64,000 nt of DNA from a virus. Location: positions 119,899-183,898 of IMG/VR virus record IMGVR_UViG_3300032288_001980. The stretch is one strand, 5' to 3'. A program made the position numbers and the translations under genes. The first letter of the stretch is position 1, and each line of letters opens with the position of its first letter. The notes under the pieces are model-generated. The model did not search any database, had not been told where the DNA came from, and worked only from the letters and a program-made list of their open reading frames with translations. Shown here in pieces: positions 1-12,900 of the stretch.

Positions 1-762
1 GCTGAGAAAAGTAAAATCATTTTTTCCGTTCAGTTGTACCAGGTCATCTTTTTGATCCATAAATCGCATCGTGCCAGGAGGTATTTCTTTAACCCAATTA
101 CCTTCTCTTTGTCCGTTCATTAAATGAATAGCAATGCTGGAAGCATAATCTGTTCTAAACATTTTACCAGGAAACTTATATAAGAACTTATAGTAATCGT
201 AATTATCTTTGACATGATGCCACATATTAAAAAACTGTGTACTGGGTTCACTTCTTTGCCAATATATAACTGTGCTCCACCACATGTCAATGCCATCGGG
301 ATGTAATCGTTGTTCTTCATGATGCGGCAGTTCCCAGCGCAGACCGCGAGCATTTCTAAACAATGCTAGTTCGTAATCGGATTCAAATAATAAATCTAAT
401 GCATTACTGTTAACAATATAATCAACATCTATTAATAAACTTTTATCCCACGGACTTAGCTCGTAGACATTATGCTTGTTACCGTTACTAAATTGTGCTT
501 GAAAACTGTGCCATGGACTATCATTATGAACACGGGTATTTTCTTCGTGTTTAATATCCTCTACAATAATTTTGTCAAAGCAATAGTCAATTAAATTGCG
601 AGGATGCGTTTCTATTAAATGCTCATGGGTTTTTACATCTGTGAGCAATGCTACATTGTTATTTTTTAAATTTGCCTTAACAGACAATGCTGTCATTACA
701 GCCAGTTTAGTATAATCCAGTTTGTCGTTGTTATAGGCAAATAGAACTACACCTTTACTCAT
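1..762 (-). CDS. Partial (runs off left edge) putative GT-A-type glycosyltransferase-like protein
   Basis: Not in the ORF track because it has no stop in the window. Manual translation from ATG 762: MSKGVVLFAYNNDKLDYTKLAVMTALSVK...SPWDKSLLIDVDYIVN..., open to base 1 (254 codons). Has a DxD motif after a hydrophobic strand; start overlaps the stop of the upstream gene. Confidence 0.6.
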   Translation of the reverse strand, partial: MSKGVVLFAYNNDKLDYTKLAVMTALSVKANLKNNNVALLTDVKTHEHLIETHPRNLIDYCFDKIIVEDIKHEENTRVHNDSPWHSFQAQFSNGNKHNVYELSPWDKSLLIDVDYIVNSNALDLLFESDYELALFRNARGLRWELPHHEEQRLHPDGIDMWWSTVIYWQRSEPSTQFFNMWHHVKDNYDYYKFLYKFPGKMFRTDYASSIAIHLMNGQREGNWVKEIPPGTMRFMDQKDDLVQLNGKNDFTFLS

Positions 763-1108
763 TGATGTTTACCAAACTTTTAAGATTACGTTGCCGCTTT
801 AGTTTTTCGTTTTCAACAAAAAAATCATTCATAGCCATAGTGTATGCACTATTCAATTTTTCTAAAAATACCGGAAGGTCCTTTACCAAAACAGGCATTT
901 CGTTATTATCTAAGAATACTTGCTGTTCGGCTTTAACAGAAATCAAATAGTTTATGTATCCCATAATTTCTACAGAAGCTGTGAAAATGCCACTGTTATG
1001 GTTTACTAACTTTTGAATTTCTGCTCTTTGTTTGAGATTATTTCTTTGATTTGATAGTGTTAGACGATAATTGCTAAAGTCTAAGGCTTCTTGAAGACGT
1101 TTATCCAT
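755..1108 (-). CDS. Hypothetical protein (117 aa) in virion gene block
   Basis: ATG start, TAAATA late-promoter motif at 1141-1146 on minus strand, coupled to the downstream gene. Confidence 0.75.
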   Translation of the reverse strand: MDKRLQEALDFSNYRLTLSNQRNNLKQRAEIQKLVNHNSGIFTASVEIMGYINYLISVKAEQQVFLDNNEMPVLVKDLPVFLEKLNSAYTMAMNDFFVENEKLKRQRNLKSLVNINE

Positions 1109-1157
1109 TGCGATCTTTCTCTGTGTATTAAGTACGCAGATATTTATCGCAATAGAT

Positions 1158-2207
1158 TTAGCTGTCTACACCGGAAGTTGTAAATCCTTCTGCCAAAATA
1201 TAAGCAGGAGGAGTAATATTAAAATTGGATTGACCGAATGAATTGGGCGCCGCATACATTACATTAGATGTTAGTACGTGTGTACCGTTTACATTTATTC
1301 TAAATGCCATGTTGTCCAACTCAAATCTAATAGCAACGGTTCCGTTATTGTCTACTAATCGACCATAGACCTTAAGTCTAAATGTGGAATATCCGCCATA
1401 ACCACCGTAACCTCCATATCCCCCGTAGCCGCCATAACCACCGTAACCTCCATATCCCCCGTAGCCGCCATAACCACCGTAACCGCCATAACCGCCACCT
1501 GAGCCAGCACTACTGGCTGTCATTAATAATATTTCATTGGCCGAAAGGTCATAAAATCCTTTATTTTCGCTAACTGCATAAGTGCCTGTATTTGATGCAG
1601 TATTGATATCTAATACAAATGTTCCTAGTTTGCTGTATACATCTTGCCATGACTGATAGCCGCGGCCGCTACCTCCGCTGGCAGTCATATGCAATCGTAA
1701 CTGACCGCCGCTATTAAAAAACCACCTAGCTTGGTCAAAACTACCAAATTGATAATTAACCGTAGCTGATATTTTATATTTCCATGGAGTAGATCTTGAT
1801 GTAGTACCTAATGTTGCAAATTGTTTTCTTGCAGATACTAAATTGTTTTTATTTGTATCAACCAGTGAATTTAATACTTTAAGAACCTGTGCTTGTTGCG
1901 CCGTAATAAGTTGTCCCACCGCTGTTCTAGACAAATTAGTTGTTAGTGGCAACGACCCTGTATTATGTGCAGAAATGTTAACTATGTCAATGGTACTATT
2001 CCATAATGAACTGGTTATTTTATTTCCGACTACTGCTAATTGTGCAGTGGGAGTTTGTCCCCAACCATATTTTAACAACGCTTTTCTTGCAGGATCAGTT
2101 GTAGGGCCACCACCTTGTTCGGTAGGTCCCCAGATTTTATTCACGGCCTGAGCTAGCTCATTCCATTGAGCCGCTGTTACTATTTGACCTTGGATAAAAT
2201 CAGTCAC
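1158..2207 (-). CDS. Putative virion structural protein with internal (GGY)12 tract
   Basis: 349 aa, GTG start, Gly/Thr/Asn-rich, located in the baseplate/tail operon. Confidence 0.65.
   Translation of the reverse strand: MTDFIQGQIVTAAQWNELAQAVNKIWGPTEQGGGPTTDPARKALLKYGWGQTPTAQLAVVGNKITSSLWNSTIDIVNISAHNTGSLPLTTNLSRTAVGQLITAQQAQVLKVLNSLVDTNKNNLVSARKQFATLGTTSRSTPWKYKISATVNYQFGSFDQARWFFNSGGQLRLHMTASGGSGRGYQSWQDVYSKLGTFVLDINTASNTGTYAVSENKGFYDLSANEILLMTASSAGSGGGYGGYGGYGGYGGYGGYGGYGGYGGYGGYGGYGGYSTFRLKVYGRLVDNNGTVAIRFELDNMAFRINVNGTHVLTSNVMYAAPNSFGQSNFNITPPAYILAEGFTTSGVDS
1389..1496 (-). repeat. Coding tandem repeat, 12 x GGY; contains an exact 36-bp unit (ataaccaccgtaacctccatatcccccgtagccgcc) at 1398-1433 and 1434-1469 plus a partial third copy
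   Basis: Read directly from the sequence. Confidence 0.95.
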
Positions 2208-2208
2208 T

Positions 2209-3261
2209 TTAACGTACTCCTACGACAGCCTCGATTAATCTGACGCCTTGTTCGTCAGAATTTACTAACGAACGACCGATGACTGTGTAGGGGTCTGGTC
2301 GTTCAACCGCTTTAGCAATTCCTGGCATATTGCTAGAAACTAGTCTAGCTCCTTTCCACACAGGACCTACTACTTGCACTGGCACACGACCTGTTAAAGC
2401 TACTGGCAGTGCTTGGCCTTTACGTAGGCCTGCACCGTTTAGTATAAAGGCTGGCTCAGTGGAAACAACGCCAAACACTTGGTCGTCTGCTTCGCTTTGT
2501 GTTTGAGTAACTTCCTTTTCGCCGCCCAATTTAATTACTGTTCCTGGTGTGTAAGGAACATCTGATTCATAATATTCTGCAACGTCAGCAAATTCTGCTT
2601 GAATCGCAACGCCTCGGAATTTAACACCTGTTCTATTAGCTAAATTAAAACCTTTGCCAATAGTTGGAAATTCTGGAAGAATAGCAGTTTCTGTAGCGTT
2701 AGGAGTAAACTCGTCTGCACTCATTATACCCATAATTCTCTTAGTTGCTGTTACTGTTTGATTGGGTTGTCCTTGATTAATAACAACTTTTTCAGTGTTA
2801 TAATGAATAATGACGTCATGGAAAAGTCCGTTTGTATCTCTTATAGTTGCATAAACAATTGTGTTGCTGTCGGGGAATCCTAACATTACCCACTTTGTAC
2901 CATCCCATACATATAATGTTTTTGTAGCAGGGTTGAACCAAAAATCTCCAGCTCTGTTTCCAGCTACTAACGGTTCCGTGTCACGGACGTATCTGTTAGC
3001 AATTTCTTTCCATGCGCCGCTGGTGTCAAAAACACTAAGAGCTTTTGTAGATTTGTTAAACCATAGCTGTCCAACAATCGGATTTGCAGGTGCAGTAGGG
3101 TAAGAAAAGTTTTCTAGCATTGCTACTAGGTTTTCTGCCATTACTTCACCGTAGCCGGCATAGTTTTTACCCACTAGCCTAATGCTGGTGCTGACATCCA
3201 AGGTGCCATCGGCAATACTTGTTAGTAGCGTACCATCTGATTTATTGACATCATATGCCAT
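2209..3261 (-). CDS. Virion/short tail-fibre-type protein with C-terminal peptidase G2-like intramolecular chaperone domain
   Basis: N-term MAYDVNKSDGTLLTSIADGTLD is typical of virion proteins; C-term ADVAEYY..D..Y.PGTV..LGGEKEVT...GVVST.PA..LN...VAL.GRVPV resembles the IMC autocleavage domain. Confidence 0.65.
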   Translation of the reverse strand: MAYDVNKSDGTLLTSIADGTLDVSTSIRLVGKNYAGYGEVMAENLVAMLENFSYPTAPANPIVGQLWFNKSTKALSVFDTSGAWKEIANRYVRDTEPLVAGNRAGDFWFNPATKTLYVWDGTKWVMLGFPDSNTIVYATIRDTNGLFHDVIIHYNTEKVVINQGQPNQTVTATKRIMGIMSADEFTPNATETAILPEFPTIGKGFNLANRTGVKFRGVAIQAEFADVAEYYESDVPYTPGTVIKLGGEKEVTQTQSEADDQVFGVVSTEPAFILNGAGLRKGQALPVALTGRVPVQVVGPVWKGARLVSSNMPGIAKAVERPDPYTVIGRSLVNSDEQGVRLIEAVVGVR

Positions 3262-3294
3262 TGTAATTCCTCGTTATCTTATATTTAACCAACT

Positions 3295-3942
3295 TTAGGC
3301 CACTCTAATTCTTATAGTGTAACGTACTTGTAAAAGTCTATTTGCAGACTTTTGAACCGGGTGGAAAGTAACATGAGTTAACAATAATCCTCCGTTTAAT
3401 GTAGTTCCTTTACTTTTTAAACCAATTTCATCAAATACAAATGAACCGTCAAAAGAACTAGCATTGTCTAAGTTATCTTGACTTTGTCCTGCTAAGTTAA
3501 AAACTGTATCGCTGACCATAGGCTCATTATAATCGATAACACAGTTAACAACAATATCACTGTACGTTAAGCCATTAATGTGCTCGTAAGTGATAAAATT
3601 GCTAGTAGTATCTGTATTATTAACAGTATCGTTGCCGTCAACTACTTTAAAAAATGTAGGGCTGTATAAATCTTCGTTTTGGCCGCTGATATTTGACCCT
3701 TTGTATGTAATAACACCCATAGAGTCGATAATTGTGCCTCCGTTGCCAAAATGCATTTCATACACGGGGCCTACTCTAGTAGTAGGACCAACAAATGTAT
3801 ACGCTAAACTTTGCACAAGTGCAATACTTAGGTTTTCAGGGTTAATAGCATTTCGCTGATTTACAAATACTTGGCCCGTAACTGGGTCAAATACTTTTAA
3901 ATGTCCTTCTATTTTTAGAGTAGCATTTTCATTTGATAACAT
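3295..3942 (-). CDS. Baseplate-associated virion structural protein (215 aa)
   Basis: Directly downstream of the giant wedge gene, own TAAATA at 3963-3968; FDEIGL and HPVQKSANR motifs of beta-rich phage structural proteins. Confidence 0.55.
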   Translation of the reverse strand: MLSNENATLKIEGHLKVFDPVTGQVFVNQRNAINPENLSIALVQSLAYTFVGPTTRVGPVYEMHFGNGGTIIDSMGVITYKGSNISGQNEDLYSPTFFKVVDGNDTVNNTDTTSNFITYEHINGLTYSDIVVNCVIDYNEPMVSDTVFNLAGQSQDNLDNASSFDGSFVFDEIGLKSKGTTLNGGLLLTHVTFHPVQKSANRLLQVRYTIRIRVA

Positions 3943-3965
3943 GGTTTTGCCTTTAATTTACATAT

Positions 3966-6900
3966 TTACCTATTTAAATCACCCTCTTTTTCGGTGACAA
4001 AAATTGCAGCCAATGTGCGGCTTTCTTTCAGGGTTTTACCCGGCTCATTGAAAATTACAGTAGGTTTATTGAATATAATAGCCCCTGTTTTTTCACGTTC
4101 AACTGGAATAGTTTGTACTGGGTCAGCATCCATAACAACTGCACCTGCACTATGACTTGCGGCGCCTGTACCTAACGTTCCTCGCACTAACTTGCCTAAT
4201 ATATTTCCGTTGGCTTCGTAATATTCGATACGTTCGCCATCGATAAAAATAACACCTGGGTGACGGAAAGTAATATCTACTCCGCTTAATTTGGTTACAT
4301 CTTCAACTTCAATATACTCACTTTCTGGAGTAATTGCAGTAACCAGTGTAGTTTTAGCATCGTTAGCTATTCTAGAATAAGACCACTCATTATTTAATGA
4401 TTTTAACATACGGAAACTGTATAGTTCATATTCTCCTAACTCATAAATCTGAGCTTCGCGGGGGTATCTTGTTTCTACTAGAATTTCTAATGCGTCGCCA
4501 GCTTTAAGTATAGCTAATTCTTCGTCGGGGTTTTGTTCTAAACGTAAAATATTAAATGGTGCTCCATCAATGATGATTTGCAATTGTTCTGGTAATATGC
4601 CGAAATCGCCACCATTGTAAATTGCATCTAATAGAGCTTCTAATTGTTCTCTAGTAGGGTCAACGCCTACCCCTGGGAAATCCCATGGGCGACGATTTAA
4701 ACCTGGTTCGTATGTGTTAAAATCCATTGTGGTTGGATTACTTGTGTCTGTATTAGGGTTAATAGAATTAACTAAACTTGGACCTTGGCCTGTTCTGTTA
4801 AATTTAAGTTTTACACTTGGATACACATATTCTTCGACGGTTATTTCTCCGGAGTCAGTAACGTCTCTAGTATCTAATACTTCACGCAGTTTACTGTGAT
4901 ATGGTTTAGTTTGATCAATATAATCAATGAACTGCTCTACAGTATCTTTTTCATAGAACGGTTTTTGATCTAGACCTTTAACTGCTAGGTTGTCAACATG
5001 CAGATACGTGCTTTTTGCAATCCAGTCTACTCGGTTGTGTTCGCTGTAAACGTATCTTACCATTGCAAAGAACAATTTGTTATAATACTTGGCAAATCGA
5101 TTAATAAAAATATCTTCTCTTAGTGCTGTTAGTATTTCGTAAAACTCTTGACTTGGTTCTGGATCCCAGCGTTTAAAGTCCCATGGGCCGTTGTCCCATA
5201 GGTCCTGTTGCTTTTGACTATTAAACAGAATTTCTTTAAATGCAATAGTACCGTTCTTTCTATAACGTAAAATTTGCTGACCATCTACATATTCGTAGAC
5301 AGCAAATTTGCCTATTGCATCATTTTTAACTAAAATATAATCGCCATTGTTTAAAGTTTCTGTTAGCTGGAATATAACTTGCTCTGATTCTACTTCATAG
5401 CTATAAGGAATAGTTGCATCGTAGCTAGGATCCACGTAGTCGATGTAATTCCAGAATTTAGTTAACTCGTAAAAATGCTCGCCCTTGGTAAAATCCTGCA
5501 AATGTCTGTCCCAGTTTGCTATAGTGTTAACTAAATCAATTTCCGCTAACAATTGATTTACAACTTCAACGAAGTTTCTACGAGCTTCACTACGATTTTT
5601 AATCCAGCTTTGTTGAGTTGGACGAATTCTATTACCGTAGCGATTAAACTGATTCAGTCTTGGATCAGGTACATCATTTGGTAATGGCATCTTGATAGTA
5701 TTGTTAGCTAACAATGTATACTCGTACAATTTGTAGAAAGGTTGTTGTCCAAACGCTCTTGTTAGATCTTCAGCAGTGAATGTTCTAAAAGCTCTATAAT
5801 AACTATTGTTTTGTTTAACTATCGAACCAAATGTATATGCTGTTTCGGGTTGATAATCAGTATAGGTAGTTGTATATGTTGTGCTGTCATAACCTACTAG
5901 ACTGTCGCGCAGTCTAATATGTAGCCATTCAGGTATACCTGTTGTGCCATCATTTTCGCGAAGTATCATCCACTGGCTGTGTACATTTGTATCATCCGCT
6001 TTAAATTTAATTTGTAAACTAGTTGTAGTGTCATTTAAGAACTGTGTTACGTTAGCAATAATAAAACTGTCCTTGCTAACTGGAGCAAACCAACTGATAC
6101 CGCTGTTAGTTGGATCAGTAATTATGCTGGCTAATGTAGCAATAGGAATTCTTCTTTCTTTACGATTGTTTGGTAATGTAGTTTTATCTTTTACCCAGAA
6201 ATAATATTTTGTAGCTTGAGCACCTGTTTCTGTAGTATAAACAACCGTAGAGTAACTGTTGTTACTAATGTCGCCATTAGGTGTTATCTTTGCTGTACCT
6301 GTTGGAACTTGTCCATCAACTGGCGTGCCATTTTTAACAGCTTCGTTGTAAGCAATTGGGTCCACACTAGTTTCTATCCACTCGTAGATGTCGATGCTAC
6401 TACCAGTAAACAACTTACCCCAATTTTTAATTCTGTAGTCTAATGTACCTTGTTCGTATTCTACATACTTGACATTGCTAGTGTCCCACCACACTGTGCC
6501 AACTTGGCGATGAGTCCAATAGCTGTCAGGGTTAACTGAAATATTATCGTCAGTGGTAATTTCATACTGAGCAGGATCTACGCTACCTTTGTGATCTATT
6601 TCAATATCAGCGACACTAGGTATGATTCCTTTGTAAGGGTCATATAACTCCAAATCTATTAAGATTCTATCTAGTTTGTAATCGTATAAATTTACTTCAT
6701 GAATTTTATAAGTATCAACCAATGGGGATTCTTGGTCATATAAATCAAAGTTTTGATATAGTACAGGTATCAAAGTAATATCGTCTTCTACTCTGTACTC
6801 ATATTGCCATTGGTATACTTTGTATCCGGATTCTTCTTCGACATAGGCAAGTTCATTGTCTACCCAATTGTATCTCGGACTGGTTCTAGATGCCTCTAAT

Positions 6901-9900
6901 AAAGTCTTAGTTTTGAATACTACAGGAGCATACAGATAAACTGTTCCTTCAGTACCAGGATCAGTAACAATAGTAGAAATTTGTATTGTGTCAGAATCTA
7001 TTACGCTGTCGACCGTAACTATACCATCAATAGTATCACTACTATTAGAACCTGTAATTAACAACACATCGCCTGCTGTCATATTATGGGCTTCACTAAA
7101 TGTTACATTAGTTGGGCCAGTCGGGCTATCGTCTGCTTTGACAATTTCTGTTATTGTATAAGACTTTTGCTGTGATAAAACGCTCCACTTGCCTTCTTTA
7201 TAATTGCCTATCCAGATAGTTGGCTTTGTAGTTACATCAATGCTGTCGTATAGATCTTTTACAGATGTTGTGTCTGCTGTAACAAAATCAACGTCGTCAA
7301 AATTAATAAATCCTGCGTTAGGCAAATCTGTATCAAATACTACTTCATTTTGATCGTCGGTTAATTCAGATTTTTTACGAACAGGGAAAGTTAAATTTTC
7401 GGCGCCAGGACGATCAATCCATCGATTGTCCGAAGCCATAATATCAACGATTCTGTCGGTACTACGATCAATGTTACTAATTTCAGTAGTAGGGTCGTAG
7501 TCGGGTCTAAACCTAAACAGTTGTTTATTGTCTTTAAATTCTTTTTGTTTTAACTGTAAGCTCCATGATTGATTTGTTTCATTTGCACCAAAGTCTCCCA
7601 GCTTAAACATCCATTCTTCATCTACTTCCAACTCTTGCAAAGTATTAATTGTTCCTTCTACGTTGGTGTTACGTAAAAGTTTGCTATAGACAGCAGGAGT
7701 ACCCTGCTGACGAATCATTCCCCTTTGGAATTCAAATGTTACGCTAGGGTTTAACAATAAATTGTCAAGATAACTAGTGGTATTAATTCCTAAATTATGA
7801 CGAGCTGTTTCAACTAGTCTTGTGTTTAGAGTACTGCCTTCAATACTAAAGTATCTAGTTTCCATATCGGAAATAGTTCTATCATAGTTTGCTATAACTG
7901 TACTACCATTGATTAAATAACCGGCAGCACTTGGACGGCCTTGCCAATCTGCTGTGCGCTGGCCAATGAATTTTAATCTGTATTGTTTTAATCGTAAAAC
8001 TGGATCGTAGACAATATCATTAAATGCTGTAATGTTATCAAATATAACAGCATGTTCAATGTCTAGTATACGAATTCGAATACCAAATAATCCTGTTTGA
8101 TCGCTCTTAGTTGAAATAACAGTTACACCGTCATCTTCTCTACTAATTTTAACATTACTGATGTCCAACGGGACTTTATCTTTGTCTATCAGCGGAGCAA
8201 AGCCTCTGGTCATTACATTAAAGTCTTCAACAAAACCCTGTGGATTACTAATTATTAGTTTATTAGCACATGGACTTAATGCAATATAATATCCCTCTGC
8301 CCATTTAGTTTCGCTCCAAAACAAAAATTGTTGAGCACTTTGACGAAAGTCTTTAATACCATTCATAGTTGTATCAAAGTCACCAAATACTACCCCTTGG
8401 TCAACTATCCAGCGTTGTAGTCCTAGTAGGAAGTTAACTACTCCTTCTCTACTATTGAATACTGTGCCATAATCTACTAAACTAGGTGTTGTTTCCCAGT
8501 CTAGTGATTCTTTAACTGTAATATTACTATAAGTAAATTCGGTTACACGGCTAGTTGGCTTTGGTTTATATACTGTAAAATAAGGATTAATAAAGTCGTA
8601 ACCTTGAACTTCATAACCTTTGCCGTTATAAATTACTTTTACACCACTATAGAAGAATTCTTTATACGGAGTTCCTTTATAAAATGTTAAATTGTAACTT
8701 TCTTCGGGGATAAAATTTCCGCCGCTTTGAACTTTTAAACTGTCCGCAAGGAAACTTAAATTTCTCTTGTCAGCAAAACCGCCTAGTTTGAAAATGTTTT
8801 GTACAGTGGCATATCTTATTTGATTGTAAAAATAATCTGCCAATGTTTTACTGTCGCTGATTAAACTTTCAGCTATAATATTTTCTAGTCCGTAACGTAT
8901 AGTGGTATTGTCAGAATAAATGTTGTCGCCATATATTTCCCTGTGGAAAATATACTCCCCTACAGGAGGACGACTGCTTTGTAATTTACTTACAGAATAT
9001 TGAGTATTGTAAAAATCAGTGCCTTCAAATTCTGGTTGCCACGACTTTTCGATATACTTGTTAGGTGCTACTGTAAAGTACCATTGGGCCGCGGCCCAAG
9101 GATACTCTTCGCTTCGAATCCATGCAAGTTCTTGGTTGCCTAAGTCGCCTGCGGCCCAATCTAATTGAGCGGCTTCTTGACTAGGAGCAGATGTAATACC
9201 AGCCGTAACTGGATCTAACAAATGACCTAAATTGTTAACAGGAAAAATTGCGCTGGGTCTAGCAACCATATGATCAACTAATACCGCAGGAGGACAAGCA
9301 ACATTGCCTAACTGTAAGGCGTCAATTAACGGCTGTCTTTTGTAAGGGTCGGTCCAACTATAATGTGTATCCCACCATGTAGGCTTGACACTATAGCCCA
9401 ACATTTCCCATGGGTGAGTATGTGGACGATCTGTGTCATACAATGCTTTATAAATGCTTCTCCAACTGCCGCCTAGGCCGTTGCTAACAGTAGTGTAGTT
9501 CCAGGTAAATTTATTAGTCTGCTGATAAAAAGCAGTATTATCTAATTGATTAATACCATTGGTTGTTTTCCATAGTCTAAACAAATCACCAACATAGCTG
9601 GCCTTGTCTTCTCTAGAAACACGAGTGGATCTAAATAGTCCAGGTTCAGCATTAGTCCATCTAAAGCGTTTTTGTTTGAACCCGTCAAATATGTTATTAT
9701 AAATTCTTGTTTCTAATTCAAGTATTATATCATCTCTGTAATCGCCGTAAGCAACAATCATACTGCCGTCATGACATTGAATAAATGTTTTTGCAACGGG
9801 ATATGTGTTATCTGTAATAACCTCTGGCTTGTAAACTGGAGCCATGCCCAGTTTACTCAAACTAGCTGGCACAAAGCTATTGTTTTTAGTTTCATATACT

Positions 9901-12900
9901 ACTATATCAATAGTACAAGGTCCACCTAACTGAATAAACTCTACAGTTGTATTGCTTAGAGTGTAATGAACTCCTTGTGTTTTAATTCGATTGTTAATGT
10001 AAACATAAACATGATTTCTATAAGGATCAGTAATATCAACTGCAATAGGCAATGCATAAGTAACCGTTTGCGGAGAAATTTCGCTTATATTATAACTTAC
10101 GGAACTTTTAACAGGACCATAATAGACCATATCACTGTATGCGTGAGTAAAGTCTGAAGCTTTTCCGATATTGATGTCGGCCAATGCTTTATCTAGTTGT
10201 TCTGCCGGAGTTAATTCCGTTACATCTACTTCGGAATCTAGCATTGAAATTTTCTGCAAAAACTTTTGTCTAAATATCTTAGACTGTTCCGCACCAAAAC
10301 GTAATGCATTAATTGGATTAGTTTCGCTTAATCTTAACAATGCCGCTAGCTTTAATGAACTATTTTCTTGTTGTTGTATTACCCAACCTGATCCAGGATT
10401 TTTGTGTATATTATAATAGTTATTTTTACCGTAGCCGTGTCCTTCGAATCCATAGGTGCTTAATAGTTTACTCTTAAAGTGATTGAATACTTGATTATAT
10501 CCAACACTGGTAAAAGAAGCGTTATCGGCGTTGGCCTCTAGTGTATTGTGTACAGCATAAATGCCCCATTCAACAGAACTTTCAAACAATACTTCAATAA
10601 TATCGCCGTTAGATAATATACTAGGTTCAACAGTAATTTCAATTAGTCCTGCATTTTCCTGGTAAGTGAACCCTTCTGTTTTGTCGTAACCGTTTACTCT
10701 TACTAGGAAACTACGAGGATCGTTATAAGCATCTGTAACGATTACTTTACCAGTTGTTCCATTAAACAAATATCTAAAATTTGTTTGCGTTGTGGCATAA
10801 ATTTCTATAGAGCCTTCTGTAGCTCCGTTATTAGTAACAAACCCAGCTGGAGTATTGTCTATATCATTAATAAATGTTAGTGACAGGCCACTCATGTTAT
10901 AAACTGTAGCTTGTCCTAATACAGGTACTACCAGTGTGTTAGTAACTGGATCAAATCTTTCCCATTCGCCGGCCTTGCTCAAACACCAAAATACAGGTTT
11001 GCTGTTTTCTTGAGTTACCATGTAAGTATAACTAGGTGTGCTGTCTAGTGGAATACTAATTACATTATCTGAATATTTGTTATTAACTGGTTTGCTAACA
11101 CGCTGATAAGTCTTTGGTGGCTCACTGTTTTTAACCCAACCGTTACTTTGATTGTAGCGGCCTAGTTTTTCATCCCAATACTGATAATAATAGTTACCTG
11201 GAATCTGACTACGCAAGTTTAAAGAATCTCTATAGTATAAAGGATAATTTTGTGTTACATCAAATAATAAATTTGTAAATGTTTTAGCAAAAGGACTAGC
11301 ATTGTCTACAATGTCAAAGTTTGTAGATCCGTAAGAAACTTCGAACCCTAGTTCTTCGTCATAGACAGATCCTACTTGATATTGGAATAATGTATTTCCT
11401 GCAAAATCACTGTCAGGATATTCGTTGGTATTGCCAATGCTTACTGCATTTTTATCATACATTGTAAACAACGGAAATTGATTACGTTTTGTTTTATTTT
11501 GTCCTAGTACCCAATTGGTACCGTCAAACCATAGTTCTTTATAAATGTACGTACTTCCTCTTAGGACAAACAACTTGTCGTCTGTACTGTCTATGCTAGG
11601 ACTGTCTGGCTCAAGTACAAAACTAATTGCAGATCCTACTCCGGTTACACGATATATTTTATTGTTATAATTATGGTTGCCGTTAATGAATACTACCCTG
11701 TAATCATTTTTTAATTGTATACCATCAACAATAAACGCAGATTCACTGGTAATTGTTGCTGGAGCAATATTATCAATTACTAGGTCAACCGGAGTGATTG
11801 GGTTTTTTCCGTAGTTGTATAACTCCAAGTCTCTAATAAATTGTACAATAGGACGAGCCGCACGTTGTTCTACTTTTAGATAATCGGCGCTGTTTACTCC
11901 TAAGAACTCACAAACTTCTTTGACTGCATCAACGTGATACCATTTGTTTGTTCTACTCCACGGATTTTGATCGCGGGCGCCGCGTTCCATGACAATATAC
12001 TCTTTTTGTATAGGCGCAGGCTCGCTGGTATCCCAACGCTTACGATCCCAGTTAACTCCATCCCATGGCACATAGGCCAACATTGTATAAGACGTGCGAG
12101 GATCTAATTCGATACTAGGAATTAACTTAATACTATCTCCTACTCCACTTACAATATAATACTCAGGATCTACCAATGGATCAGGATCGCTTACATATTC
12201 TGCGGGTGTTACAGTTGGCGCTGTAATACCTGTTACTGTAACACTAAACAAACTACCAGCTCCAATTATACCAGGACTGGCTCTTAGCATGTCACCAACT
12301 TTGTATCCTTGACCGCCGTCTATTAATACTACACTAGTAACTTGGCCACCGCTGACTGTTAGATTTACTCTGACACCAGACCCAGTTACAGTTTCGTCTT
12401 GTCCAACTAGTGGAACGTTTTGATAAAAACCGTTGTTGTATCCGCTGCCAGAGTTTGGGCCGCTTAAACTAGTAATTGTATTTTTGTTAATAAAATAAAT
12501 TTTCATTCCGTTATGGAATGTCAAAGTTTTTCCGTTAGGCTGAACTGGTGTTGTATACTCTAGCTTGCCAATAATATCACTAGCTACATTAATTGTACCT
12601 TCCAATTGAATAGGCAGCGGATCAAACTTTAACCAATAATAACTGGTAAAGTTAGTAAACATGTCTGCATCAATAGGAGGGTTCCAAACGTAATATTCAC
12701 TGTCTAACTGATCTGGTTTTGTTCTGTTCCAATTTAACTTTAGCTGTGAAAGAAAGTCGTCGTAAGTCAAGCTATCAGTAACATTACCGTTAATGTCATT
12801 GAATACTACTCCGGGTTCTAACTGATAGTCGGATCTAATTGAACGTGGCTCTTCTAAATAAAAATCTTTTGTAGGACGATATACTGTACCACTTTTTTTA

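Noticed and set aside
120-353. 77-aa minus-strand ORF in the track
   Set aside because: Lies out of frame inside the longer edge-truncated gene 1-762.
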